Shown here piece after piece: positions 19,212-30,132 of a stretch of 64,000 nucleotides of DNA (positions within the stretch are counted from its first letter, which is position 1; every line of letters starts with the position of its first letter). The DNA is taken from assembly GCA_965199715.1 (NCBI GenBank), contig CBDATA010000001.1, positions 1-64,000 on the forward strand, given 5' to 3'. A model generated the notes under the pieces. That model was not told the DNA's origin and searched no databases. It worked only from the letters and a program-made list of their open reading frames with translations. A program made the translations under genes and the position numbers. The stretch is from Vicinamibacteria bacterium (lineage in GTDB: Bacteria; Acidobacteriota; Vicinamibacteria; Marinacidobacterales; Marinacidobacteraceae).

Positions 19212-20669
19212 CTACCCGGGGAAGAAGCGGCGCACCCGGTCCCGCTCCGGGCTCCGGGTCCACTGGGACACGACGACCAGGGTCAGGGCCGAGGCCGCCA
19301 CGATCGCCGCCGCCGGCTCGACCCCGGAATCCGCCACGGTCCAGCCGGGCGCGCCCCCGGCGCTCACGAAGAACCCGGTCCAAAGCGCGAGGCTCACGAG
19401 GATCGCCGCGCCGGCGCCGGCGGCCGTGCTTCCGCGCCAGTAGAGCGCCCCGACGAGCACCGGGAAGAAGCCCGAATACCCGGACAGCGCCCAGATCCCC
19501 AAGCTGAAGACGGTCTGGCTGGAGACCAGGCTGAGCACGAACACGACGAGAAGGAACAGGCCCACGAAAACCCGCCCGAAAAGCGCTTCCCTGCCCTCCG
19601 CGAGGCGCGCGAAACGGGCCGAACGCGCGACGACGTCGCGCGTCAGCATGGTCCCGACGGTGAGCGTCTGCGAATCCAGCGAGGACATGATCGCCGCGAA
19701 CACGCCGGCGGCGAGGCATCCGGCGAGGAGGCTTCCGACGTGCTCCCGGATGAGCAGGATCAGGATCGGCCCGTCCGGCGGAAAGGCCACGTCGAGCCGG
19801 CCGAGCGCGCCCAGCACGACGCTCGGGAGCCACACCAGCGCGATCATCGCCGGGTACGCGAGAATCGGAAGCCGGAACGACGCCGCGCTCCGGGCCGCCA
19901 TCCACAGCCCGAAGATGTGCGGGAAGCACGACGTCGAGAGCGGGACGAAGAGGTAGGTCGCGATCTGGATCCAGTCCCGCCGCGTCGAGGCGATCTCCAT
20001 CAGTTCCGGGTTCGCGTCGCGCAGCCGCTCCATCGCCGGGACGAAGCCCCCGAGTCCGTTCGAGATCACGAGGAACGCCACGACCGCCACGCCCACGAAC
20101 AGCGAGGTCTGAAAGGTGTTCACGAGCGCGGTGCTGCGCATTCCCCCGAGCACCACGTACACGAAGACCACGAGGCACAGGATCAGGCTCCCGAGCCACG
20201 ACGGCGGCGCGACCGAAGCGTCGGCGATCGCCGCCAGCGCGTCGCCGCCGCCCTTGACCCCGATCAGCACGTAGGGCACGAGCCAGAACAGCGAGCACAG
20301 GAAGACGACGGTCCCGAGCGCGCGCGAGCCGTAGCGGTCGGCGAAGAACTCGGCCTGCGTCGCGTGCCCGAAACGCTTCCCGAAGCGCCACAGCGGGACG
20401 CCGATCAGGAGGAAGGTGAGCGGGATGACCACCGCCGAGCTGGTCGCCATCAGCGCGAACACGCGAAGGCCCTGCCGGTGCGCCTCGCCCGACGCGCCGA
20501 GGATCGTGAACGCGGTCATGTTCGTGCCGAAGAGCGTCATGAGCAGCACGAACGACCCGAGCGCGCGTCCGGCGAGGAAATACTGCTCGCCCGAGCCGCG
20601 GCGCATCCGGGCGAAGACGCCGATCCCGACGACGAGCGCCAGGTAGAGGCCGACGACGGCGAGCGTCAC
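19212..20669 (-). CDS. Sodium:solute symporter (copy 2)
   Basis: Identical translation to 1974-3431. Confidence 0.9.
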   Translation of the reverse strand: MTLAVVGLYLALVVGIGVFARMRRGSGEQYFLAGRALGSFVLLMTLFGTNMTAFTILGASGEAHRQGLRVFALMATSSAVVIPLTFLLIGVPLWRFGKRFGHATQAEFFADRYGSRALGTVVFLCSLFWLVPYVLIGVKGGGDALAAIADASVAPPSWLGSLILCLVVFVYVVLGGMRSTALVNTFQTSLFVGVAVVAFLVISNGLGGFVPAMERLRDANPELMEIASTRRDWIQIATYLFVPLSTSCFPHIFGLWMAARSAASFRLPILAYPAMIALVWLPSVVLGALGRLDVAFPPDGPILILLIREHVGSLLAGCLAAGVFAAIMSSLDSQTLTVGTMLTRDVVARSARFARLAEGREALFGRVFVGLFLLVVFVLSLVSSQTVFSLGIWALSGYSGFFPVLVGALYWRGSTAAGAGAAILVSLALWTGFFVSAGGAPGWTVADSGVEPAAAIVAASALTLVVVSQWTRSPERDRVRRFFPG

Positions 20670-20869
20670 TCGGGGGGCGCCTCAGTCGATCCGGGAAGGA
20701 ACGCCCGGCACAGGAGCGCGAGCGAGACCGTCGAGAGCGCGACGACGGCGAGCTCGAGCCACACGCCGGCGGGAACGCCGATCAGCAGCGGATCCGCCGG
20801 GGCGAGCGCGACGAGCAGGCGCGCCAGCACCACCCCGGCGGGAAGCGCGAGAAGGGACCGGCGCGTCAC
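20666..20869 (-). CDS. Small membrane protein (copy 2)
   Basis: Mirror of 1774-1977. Confidence 0.55.
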   Translation of the reverse strand: MTRRSLLALPAGVVLARLLVALAPADPLLIGVPAGVWLELAVVALSTVSLALLCRAFLPGSTEAPPE

Positions 20870-20895
20870 GGCGGGCTCCGGTCCCGATCCCGAAT

Positions 20896-22395
20896 CTATC
20901 GGCCCTTGATCCTGTGGACCGGGCGGAACTCGAAGCGGATCCCGACGGTCGCCGAGTAGTTGTCCTGAATCGCGGACAGCTTCTTTCCGAAGAGGCGGAG
21001 CTCGGTGAAGAGGTGCGCCCGTCCGGCCGCGGTCCACAACGGGAGACCGACGCCGCCGGCGCCGAAGATGCCGGCGTCCACGATGTCCGCGTCGCCGACG
21101 CCCCACAGCCCGATGCCGCCGCCGACGAATCCCGACTCGCCGTACTGGAGGATGCCCAGATCGATCGCCGAGCCGAACCACCGGTTGTGCGCGACCCCCG
21201 ACGCCACGCGGCCCAGGATGCGGGTCCCGCCGCCGGGGCCGGGACGCACGTCGAGCGCTCCGCCGATCGCCCCGCCGGCGAGCGGCGCACTCGGATCCGA
21301 AACGATGTCGTCGCGGTCGGAGCGGTACACCCCGCCGGCGAGGTCGAGGGTCGGCCAGAAGCGCGGGTGCACCTCGGTCGCGCCGACGCTCGCCTCGCAG
21401 GTCGCCCTCACGTTCCGGCTGTCCGCGATCTCCACGAGCGCCGTGTAGTCGCCGCCGCCGGGGACGATGAAGCTGCGCTCGCAACTGTCGGACATGTCGA
21501 GCGACGCGATCTGGACGCCGTCGCGCTCGATCCGCACGTAGCCGGTCGCGATCTCGCCGGTGGTGGCGCGGCTCTCGCAAGTGTTGACGACAATCGTCGC
21601 CGAGTCGTACACGACCTCCTGATCCGAGATGGAGAGGCTCGCGGAGCACACCGGCGCGCCGTCGCTGAGCGTCAGCGACTCGCGGACGGTCCTCGCGTCG
21701 AAACCGGAGCGGGTCACTCGCGCCTCGGCTTCCCACGTCCCCTCGTCCATCAACTGACCCGTCCAGTTGGAGCGGATTCCGCTGCGGTCCATGTCCGGCG
21801 AGGTCCGCTCCCCGGACGGATCGGTGAGGGTCACCTCCAGCTCGGAGCCGTCGGCGAGCCGCACGTCCACGGTGATTCGGGCCGAAGCGTGGGTGTAGGG
21901 ACCCGACGCCTCGAAGTGGATCGTGGGCGGCGCCCCGCCCATCTGTTCCTGGGCGATGAGGGCGACCGCGCCCGACTCCTTCGGGATCGCGAACCGGTAG
22001 CGCGCGTTCCCCTCGGTGAGGCCGAGCGCGAACGCCGGCATCCCTTCGGGACCGGTGAAACGCACCTTGCGGGCGGCGCCGGTCGGCGTGCCCATCCACT
22101 CCATCTCGAGCCCCGTCGCGAACGTGGTCTCGGCGAACCGCCCGTCGGCCACAGCCGCGAGAACCGCGTCCGCATCGCCCGTGAAGCCGCCGGCGGCGAG
22201 CGCCTCGCGGATCGACGCGGGATCCGAGGCGAAGAGATCCTGGAGCGCCTCGCGGCTTTCGACCGCGGGGCGGTCGGCGTCGATTCGCTGAATCTCGAGG
22301 AACCCGTCCGCCCCCCGGGTCTGCGCGGAAGCGGGCAGCGCGGCGAGGAGAAGGGCCGGAATCCAGAGGGCGGAGGAATGGTTTTCGGGGACCAT
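20896..22395 (-). CDS. Secreted hypothetical protein (copy 2)
   Basis: Mirror of 248-1747. Confidence 0.7.
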   Translation of the reverse strand: MVPENHSSALWIPALLLAALPASAQTRGADGFLEIQRIDADRPAVESREALQDLFASDPASIREALAAGGFTGDADAVLAAVADGRFAETTFATGLEMEWMGTPTGAARKVRFTGPEGMPAFALGLTEGNARYRFAIPKESGAVALIAQEQMGGAPPTIHFEASGPYTHASARITVDVRLADGSELEVTLTDPSGERTSPDMDRSGIRSNWTGQLMDEGTWEAEARVTRSGFDARTVRESLTLSDGAPVCSASLSISDQEVVYDSATIVVNTCESRATTGEIATGYVRIERDGVQIASLDMSDSCERSFIVPGGGDYTALVEIADSRNVRATCEASVGATEVHPRFWPTLDLAGGVYRSDRDDIVSDPSAPLAGGAIGGALDVRPGPGGGTRILGRVASGVAHNRWFGSAIDLGILQYGESGFVGGGIGLWGVGDADIVDAGIFGAGGVGLPLWTAAGRAHLFTELRLFGKKLSAIQDNYSATVGIRFEFRPVHRIKGR

Positions 22396-22530
22396 GAAGT
22401 CTCTCGTCGGAACGACAAAACGCGGCCGGGCGAATGCGGGCCACAATCCTATAGGAGGCGAACCTCCACACTATTCTACGCGCCCGCCTACGCGGGATGC
22501 AACCCCCATTTCTGCTAGATTTTCGCGAGT

Positions 22531-23649
22531 TTGGCCTCTGACGAACCCCATCCCGGCGGCGTCCTCGCGCTCGAGGGAGGGGCCGTTTTCCGGGGTCGTT
22601 CCTTCGGCGCGTCCGGCGGCGGACCGGTCGCCGGCGAGGTGGTCTTCAACACCGGCATGGCCGGGTACGTGGAGACACTCACGGATCCCTCCTACCGCGG
22701 CCAGATCCTCGTCCTGACGTACCCGCTGCAGGGGAACTACGGGGTTCCGCCGCCGCGACCGGCGGGAAGCGTCGAACCGCCGTTCGAGTCGGGACGCATC
22801 CAGGTGCAGGGTCTCGTGGTCCAGCGGCACACGGCCGCGCACAGCCACCACGCCGCCTCCCGCTCGCTCGCCGAATGGCTTCGCGACGAGGGAGTCCCCG
22901 CGATCGAGGGCGTGGACACGAGGTCGCTCACCCGGCTGCTGCGCGAGGCCGGGACGATGGAGGGGACGCTGGCCCCCGACGCCGACGATTCCCGGGCTCC
23001 GGCGCGCGTCGAAATGAAGCGCGATGTCTTCGAGCAGGTCGTCCCCGAGCGCGAGCGCAGCTACGGCGACGGGGACGGCCCGCGGATCCTGCTCCTCGAC
23101 ATCGGGGCGAAGGACAACCTCGTGCGCTCGCTGCTCGGCCGGGGCGCGCGGGTGCGGCGGGTCTCGGGCCTCGGCGACTTCGCGGGGGCGGCGCGGGACG
23201 CCGACGGGATCCTCATCGGGAACGGTCCGGGGAACCCCGAGGATCTGACCGACTTCACGAGCGCGCTCGCCGGACTCATGGAGTGGTTCGAGCGCCCGAT
23301 CCTCGGCGTCTGCCTCGGGAACCAGCTCCTCGCGCTGGCCGCCGGCGCCCGCTGCTTCAAGCTGCCGTACGGCCACCGCAGCGTGAACCAGCCGGTGCGG
23401 GACCTCGTCAGCGGACGCTGTTACATCACCAGCCAAAACCACGGGTTCGCGGTGGACGAGGGGTCGCTTCCCGACGACTGGACCCCGTGGTTCGAGAACC
23501 TGAACGACGGCACCAACGAGGGGATCCGGTCGCTCTCGCGTCCCTTCCGGAGCGTGCAGTTCCATCCGGAAGCGCGTCCGGGGCCCGAGGACACCGGCCC
23601 GCTCTTCGACGACTTCCTCGACGAGTGCCGGAAGCGGCGCGGCTCATGA
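22531..23649 (+). CDS. carA: Carbamoyl-phosphate synthase small subunit
   Basis: GEVVFNTGM.GY.E.LTDPSYRGQI, GVCLGNQ, ITSQNHGFAV, VQFHPEA. Confidence 0.95.
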   Translation: MASDEPHPGGVLALEGGAVFRGRSFGASGGGPVAGEVVFNTGMAGYVETLTDPSYRGQILVLTYPLQGNYGVPPPRPAGSVEPPFESGRIQVQGLVVQRHTAAHSHHAASRSLAEWLRDEGVPAIEGVDTRSLTRLLREAGTMEGTLAPDADDSRAPARVEMKRDVFEQVVPERERSYGDGDGPRILLLDIGAKDNLVRSLLGRGARVRRVSGLGDFAGAARDADGILIGNGPGNPEDLTDFTSALAGLMEWFERPILGVCLGNQLLALAAGARCFKLPYGHRSVNQPVRDLVSGRCYITSQNHGFAVDEGSLPDDWTPWFENLNDGTNEGIRSLSRPFRSVQFHPEARPGPEDTGPLFDDFLDECRKRRGS

Positions 23650-26600
23650 GCGCGAAGCGGCCCCGCCGGGTGCTGGTGCTCGGCTCCGGGGCGCTGCAGA
23701 TCGGCCAGGCCGGCGAGTTCGACTACTCGGGATCGCAGGCGATCAAGGCGCTCGCCGAGGAGGGGGTCGAGACCGTCCTCGTCAACCCGAACATCGCCAC
23801 GATCCAGACCAGCGAGGGCATGGCCGACCGGCTCTACCTGAATGCGGTGACGCCGGACTTCGTCCGCGAGATCGCGATCGCGGAGAAGGTGGACGGCGTG
23901 GCGCTCTCCTTCGGGGGCCAGACCGCCCTGGGTTGCGGCCTCGCGCTCGAGGACTTCTTCAAGGAGACGAGTGTCCAGGTGCTCGGCACGCCGGTGGGGA
24001 GCATCCGGGACACCGAGGACCGGGGTCTGTTCAACGCCCGGCTCGCCGAGATCGGCGTCAAGGTCGCTCGCAGCGAGGCCTGCGACAGCCCCGACGAGGC
24101 GCGGGCGGCGAAGGAGCGGATCGGCCTGCCCGTGATGCTCCGGGTCGGGTTCTCGCTCGGCGGCAAGGGGAGCCGGATCGCCGAGACCGAGGCGGAGTTC
24201 GAGGACGCGATCGCCCACATCTTCGGCGGGCGCGGCGGGGATTCGGCGCAGGTGCTCGTCGAGGAATCGCTGCGCGGCTGGAAGGAGATCGAGTACGAGG
24301 TCGTCCGGGACAGGGAGAACGCCTGCATCACCGTGTGCAACATGGAGAACCTCGACCCGATGGGCATCCACACCGGAGAGTCCATCGTGGTCGCGCCGTC
24401 GCAGACGCTGAACGACCACGAGTACCAGCTGCTCCGGTCGGTGTCGGTGCGGACGATCCAGCACCTCGGCATCGTCGGCGAGTGCAACATCCAGTTCGCG
24501 CTCGACCCGAACCGCGCCGACTACCGGGTGATCGAGGTGAACGCCCGGCTCTCGCGCTCCTCGGCGCTCGCCAGCAAGGCCACCGGGTATCCGCTGGCGT
24601 ACGTGGCCGCCAAGCTGGCGCTCGGCTTCACGCTGCCGGAGCTGAAGAACACGATGACCGGGGTCACGAAGGCGTTCTTCGAACCCTCGCTCGACTACCT
24701 CGTGCTCAAGGCGCCCCGCTGGGACCTCGGCAAGTTCCAGTCGGCCGGGACCCGCATAGGCAGCGAGATGAAAAGCGTGGGCGAGGTCATGGCGATCGGC
24801 CGGACCTTCCCCGAAGTCCTCCAGAAGGCGCTGCGGATGCTGGACGTCGGGGTGCGGGGACTCGACTCGGCGGCGGTCGAGTTCGCGGACCTGCGCGACG
24901 AGCTGGCGCATGCGACCCCGCGGCGGATCTTCGCGCTGGCGACCTGGTTCCGCCGCGCCTGCGACGAGGGCCGCGCGCCCGAAGCGATCCGGGAGGCCCA
25001 CGAGCTCACCCGCATCGATCCGTGGTTCCTCACCGGGATCGCCGAGACGATGGCCACCGAGTCCGAAGTGGAGCGCGGCGGTTGGCCGCTCGGGACGGAT
25101 CTCCTGCGGCGGGCCAAGCGCGAGGGCTTCTCCGACGAGTCGATCGAGGCGCTGGCCGGCCAAGAACGGGGCGTCGTCCGACGGGAGCGGCGCAGGCTCG
25201 GGATCGAGCCGCGGATCGCCCGGATCGACACGCTCGCCGCCGAGTTCCCCGCGGAGACGAACTACTCGTACTCGACGTACCACGCGCAGGAGGACGAGGC
25301 CCTGCCGTCGAGGAACGACTCCCGCCGCCGCATCCTCGTGATCGGCTCCGGCGTTTATCGGATCGGCTCTTCGGTCGAGTTCGACTGGTGCTGCGTGAAC
25401 GCCGTCCAGGCGGCGAGCGAACTGGGTTGCGAGACGCTGATGCTCAACTACAACCCGGAGACCGTGAGCACCGACTACGACATCTGCGACAAGCTGTTCT
25501 TCGACGAGGTGAGCGTCGAGTCGGTGCTGGACCTGGCGCGCAAGGAGCGGCTCGATGGGGTCATCGTCAGCATGGGCGGCCAGATCCCCAACCGGATCGC
25601 GATGCGGCTCCACGAGGCCGGCGTCCCGATCCTCGGGACCCGCGCCGTGGACATCGACCGCGCCGAGGACCGCAACAAGTTCAGCGCGCTGCTCGACCGC
25701 ATCGGCGTGGACCAGCCGCTGTGGACGCACGTGACCGAAGTCTCGGACGCGCCCCGGATCGTCGAGGAGCTCGGCGGCTTCCCGGTGCTGGTGCGTCCGA
25801 GCTACGTGCTCAGCGGGGCGGCGATGTCGGTGGCCCACGAGCCGAACGAGCTCGGGCGCATCCTGAAGAAGGCGAAGGCGGTCTCGCAGGAGCACCCGGT
25901 GGTGGTCTCGCGGTTCGAGGAGGGGGCCCGCGAGATCGAACTGGATCTCGTCGCCCGGACGGCGAAGTCGTGCTCTGGGCGATGACCGAACACGTGGAGG
26001 ACGCCGGGGTGCATAGCGGCGACGCCACGCTGGTGCTGCCGCCCGTCGACATGACCGTGCCCATCCTCGGCAAGGCGAAGCGGATCGCCCGGCTGATCGC
26101 GAAGGAGCTGCGGGTCACCGGCCCCTGCAACATCCAACTGCTCCACCGGGACGGCGCGGTCAAGGTGATCGAGTGCAACCTGCGGGCGTCGCGGAGCCTT
26201 CCCTTCGTGTCCAAGGTGACCGGGCGGAACTACGCTAAGGCCGCGACCCGGATCATGCTCGGCGAGGACCCGGGGATGGACCACCGGCCGCACTACGACC
26301 TCGAGCACGTGGGCGTGAAGGTGCCCCAGTTCTCGTTCTCGCGGCTCATCGGGGCCGATCCGCTGCTGGGCGTGGAGATGGCCAGCACCGGAGAGGTGGG
26401 ATGCCTCGGGGAGACCTTCCACGAGGCGCTGCTCCACGGGATGATCTCGACCGGATTCCGCCGGCCGAAGCGGGCGGTGCTGCTCTCGCTCGGGCCGCAG
26501 CGGTGGAAGGAGCGTTTCGTCGACGCCGCCCGCATGATGGTGGACGAGCTCGGGCTTCGGATCTACGCGACCTCGGGCACGAGCCGGGCGCTCACGCGGT

Positions 26601-26917
26601 ACGGCGTGGAGAACACGCTGGTGGAGCGCGTCCGCAGCCCGCAACGGGCGCTCGGCAAGGGATTCGCGCCGCCGAAGCCGCCCAGCGCGCTCGGCCTCAT
26701 CGACGCGGGCGCCGTGGACCTCGTGGTGAACGTGCCGGTGGCCTACGACCCGGAGGGACGACCGGACGGGTACCTCGTCCGCCGCCGGGCGGTCGATCGG
26801 AACGTCCCGCTCATCACCGACCCGTCACTTGCGATCCACGTCGTCAAGGCATTGGCGGCGTGGCCGGAGGGGTCGCTCCGCCCCGCGGCCTGGAACGATT
26901 TCCTCAGCGACGGATGA
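23646..26917 (+). CDS. carB: Carbamoyl-phosphate synthase large subunit, with 1-bp frameshift near 25957
   Basis: GSGALQIGQAGEFDYSG, IEVNARLSRSSALASKATG; frame switches at GCCCGGACGGC to ...GEVVLWAMTEHVEDAGVHSGDA. Confidence 0.93.
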
Positions 26918-27876
26918 CGGCGCTGATCGGCTGGGCTCTCCTCGGCTTGGCGCAGTCGCCGGCGCTCGAACGCCTGCCCCCGGATCAGCTTGACGTGACG
27001 CCCCCGTCGGCGGCCGTCACGGGCGTTCCCGGCCGGATGCGCGTCCGGTCGGCCCGCTGCCGCGAACTGCCCGTGAACGACACGCGGCGGCGCATCGTGG
27101 ACATCGCGGCGCAGGAATGGGGGTTCTTCGGGTTCTCGGTCGTGGATCAGACGCAGGAGAACTACCGCCGGACCCCGGGCGACTGGCGCCGCTGGCGGCA
27201 GGTGGACCCGGAGGAGGGGGCGCGGGTCGCCGCTTCCATCGCGGGCTACTGGGCCGCGACGCCGCAGGGGGCGTGGATGGTGGACCGCCAGAACGAGCGT
27301 TGGGCCGCGGCGGACGGCCTCCGGCGGCGCTGGCGGGATCCGTGGTCGGCGGCGTTCGTCTCGTGGGTCATGTGCGAAGCCGGACTCGGCGCATCGGCTC
27401 AGTTCCGCCGCGCCATCGCCCACCACGTGTACGTGGATCAGGCCATCCGCGGCGGGGACGCCGCCTTCGTCGCGCACGAGGTCGGGGCCGAGGTCGTGGA
27501 ACCCGGGGACCTCCTGTGCACGAGCCGGCGGAACGCCTATCCGACGCTCGCCGCCCGGAGCCGGCATATCGGCGTAAGCGCCCGCATGCACTGCGACATC
27601 GTGGTCCAGACCGAGCCGCAGCGGGGCCGCATCCTCGCGATCGGCGGCAACGTACGGGGCACGGTCAGCATGAAGATGCTGCCAGCGGCCGGGGAGCGCC
27701 TCGCCCCGACCCGGGCGACGTTCGCGCACCTGAAGCTTCGGGCGGAAAGCATCGGTCCGAACGCTCTGGACGACAGCCCGACGATGGGGGCGCTCCGATG
27801 CTCGTCGAACGTTCCGGTGCCGTCGGCGCTCCGGGCGCTCGCCGCGATCGGAGACGCCGCGGTTCCGGACTGCTGA
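26914..27876 (+). CDS. DUF2272 domain protein
   Basis: PWSAAFVSWVM, HHVY, PGDLLC, HCDIVV, IGGNV. Confidence 0.75.
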   Translation: MTALIGWALLGLAQSPALERLPPDQLDVTPPSAAVTGVPGRMRVRSARCRELPVNDTRRRIVDIAAQEWGFFGFSVVDQTQENYRRTPGDWRRWRQVDPEEGARVAASIAGYWAATPQGAWMVDRQNERWAAADGLRRRWRDPWSAAFVSWVMCEAGLGASAQFRRAIAHHVYVDQAIRGGDAAFVAHEVGAEVVEPGDLLCTSRRNAYPTLAARSRHIGVSARMHCDIVVQTEPQRGRILAIGGNVRGTVSMKMLPAAGERLAPTRATFAHLKLRAESIGPNALDDSPTMGALRCSSNVPVPSALRALAAIGDAAVPDC

Positions 27877-27881
27877 CGGGC

Positions 27882-28345
27882 GTGCAGACCTTCGAGAGCG
27901 GGAACTACCCGCTCCGGAGCGATCGATGGTTCCGTTTCGACAAGCAAACGGTCCCGGGCGCTCGGCTGGAGGACCTGGATCCGCGGCTCTGGGGGCGCTT
28001 CCGCACGCGGCTTGCGTCTGACGACGACCCGACGTTCCTGCAGCGGCTGGGCGCGCCGGAGCCCGACCATGAGGGCATCGTGCGCCCGACGGTAGCCGGA
28101 GCGCGGGTCCTGTCCCGCCGACCGCACCGCTGGATTCCGAAGGCTTGGATCGAGGTCGTCGCGTAGGGGCAAGCGATGGAGATACGGGGCCCGATCGAGA
28201 TGCAAGTCACGGGTGCCTGCGCGTTGGTTGCGAGGAACATGCGACGACGACGGGGGGACGTTCCGCAGTCCGATATGACGGCGGTGTTCGAGGCGATCGT
28301 GAATGCCGTCGTCCACCGGGCCTACTCCATCTACGGGGCCCCGAT
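27882..28345 (+). pseudogene. Remnant of AlbA/Schlafen-associated ATP-binding (RecG C-terminal-like) regulator
   Basis: FDKQTVPGA.LEDLD, PTVAG, in-frame TAG at 28164-28166, then FEAIVNAVVHRAYSIYG.PI; truncated at both ends. Confidence 0.65.
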
Positions 28346-28780
28346 CCTGATCCCCTGGTCCTCCTCCAGCGCGCTCGCGTCCCGGTAGAGCGCGAGAAGC
28401 TGCTTCTGGAGGCGCTCCCGGCCGAGGCGCGTGTGGAGCATGGAGTCCACGTGGACCGCCGACGGCTCCGCCACTCCGCCGAGCGGGTCGGTGAGCGCGA
28501 AGACGGCGTCGGTCTCCTCCTCGGGATTCCAGCGCCCCGCTTGGCTCGCCTCAAAGGTCATCGTCCTCCGATCCCGCCAGAGGATGCGGAAAGCCTCGTC
28601 CGAGAGCTCGTCCTCGATCGTGATCTGCTTCGCCGAGTCCTTGCGGATCGGCGCGTTGATCAACTTGTTCCGCTTGCCGACGTCGAGCAACTGCTTGCCG
28701 AGGCTCTCGACGGCTGCGGCGACCGCCCGCCCGGCCTGGGACTCGGGGCTAGCGGGGGTGCGGGTCTCTGCCTCGCTCAT
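28331..28780 (-). pseudogene. DUF4011 N-terminal fragment (truncated SF1 helicase defence gene)
   Basis: LLDVGKRNKLIN...LHTRL..E.LQK.LL.LYRDA..LEEDQG, then homology stops. Confidence 0.7.
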
Positions 28781-29007
28781 GTGCGCCGGCTATGCAACCA
28801 CGACGGGGGCGACGACGCCCGCTCCGAAATGCGCGCTCACCGTGCACACGGAGCGTGACCGACCACCGCCTGACGTGCACGCGCACGCCCGGACGCCAAG
28901 ACGGTTCCGGCGGCCGACCAGATTGTCCTCATTCGCCTTCACTCTCGCTGCCCCAAGGCCCAGTGGCGCGGACCGCCCCACATGCCCCGTCCTCGCTCGG
29001 GGCAACT

Positions 29008-29365
29008 CCAGCCCGAAGGCTTCAGCACCCGCTCGCACTCGAGGAGTGCGCGGGGCCATCATCATCAGATACGAAAACATCCCCTTGGAGTGCGACCGGC
29101 CCGCAGCGTAGATCAGCGCGTAGAGCGTCCGGTTTTCCAGCTTGAGCCGGTTGTGGTCCAGCAGGTCGATGTCCGATAGCGTCCAGGTGTCCTTGAAGGC
29201 CGCGCCGGCCGCCTCGCTCCCGATGGGGGTGGAGTAATTCGTTTTGGAGTTGAACGGCGGATCGAGATAGATCAGCTCCACGGACGCCGAGTTCATCCCC
29301 CGGAGGACGTGGAGATTGTCCCCCTCGAAGATCGACCGGTGGAGCCCCTGCGGATCGGTGGTCAC
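29008..29365 (-). pseudogene. N-terminal fragment of N6/N4 DNA methyltransferase
   Basis: IFEGDNLHVLRGMNS.SV.LIYLDPPFNS; extra base near 29047 shifts to LLECERVLKPSG, then homology ends. Confidence 0.75.
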
Positions 29366-29508
29366 GGCGTGGGGAGTTCCTCAGAGGCGCGGTCACCGGG
29401 GACGGCGACGCCAAGCGGCACGGAACGTACCAGCGTCGTGGCCGTGGGCCACGAGAGCTGTGCGGTAGGATGTGCGCCGGTTCGCTCTGATTTCGGGGAG
29501 CGGGCCGA

Positions 29509-30132
29509 GTGGGAGGTACCGGGATGGATCATTTCGCGGGCGACCGCGCACCGGAGCAGGCACTGGTACGCATCGGCCCGACGGGTGTCGTGCGCACGCC
29601 GGTGTGGAGGTCCGACGTCTCCGGGTGGCCGCTGCCGATCGTCGCCGAACCGGGGCCGCTATACGCGGCCCAGCGGCTTCGAATCTACGTGGACACGTCC
29701 GTCTTCGGGGGCGGTGACGACCGGGGCCGCCGGGAGTCCTCCCACAGGCTGTTCGGCTGGTTTCGTGAGGGCATCGCGACCATGTTGCTTTCCGACTTGA
29801 CCGTCCGCAAACTTGAAGACGCCCCGAAGGAGGTCCGTGCGCGGCTCAGCGGGATTCCGGAGGCGCACATCGAGCGGATCCCGGAGTCTGAAGCGGCCAC
29901 GCAGCTCGCGGCGAGCTACGTGATCGGCGGGGCGATCCCTCAATCGAGTGGGCCCGACGCTGTGCATATCGCGCTGGCCACGCTCGTTCGCGCCGACTAT
30001 CTCGTGAGCTGGAACGTCCGGCACATGGTGAACCCGCGCCGGATCAGGGCTTACAACGCCATCAACCGACGCTCGGGTCACCAAGAGGTTGACATACGAA
30101 CACCGAAGGCGGTGCACCTTGACGACCTCTGA
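29509..30132 (+). CDS. PIN-domain (VapC-like) toxin
   Basis: IYVDTSVFGG...DAVHIALAT...DYLVSWN.RH.VN...I.TP; true start uncertain. Confidence 0.85.
   Translation: MGGTGMDHFAGDRAPEQALVRIGPTGVVRTPVWRSDVSGWPLPIVAEPGPLYAAQRLRIYVDTSVFGGGDDRGRRESSHRLFGWFREGIATMLLSDLTVRKLEDAPKEVRARLSGIPEAHIERIPESEAATQLAASYVIGGAIPQSSGPDAVHIALATLVRADYLVSWNVRHMVNPRRIRAYNAINRRSGHQEVDIRTPKAVHLDDL

Larger units (their letters stand above)
15645..22642. repeat. Right arm of large inverted duplication
   Basis: Reverse complement of 1-6998. Confidence 0.95.

Noticed and set aside
25940-25990. Programmed frameshift or selenocysteine recoding in carB (selB is in the window)
   Set aside because: No slippery heptamer or in-frame UGA explanation; a single missing G restores the frame.
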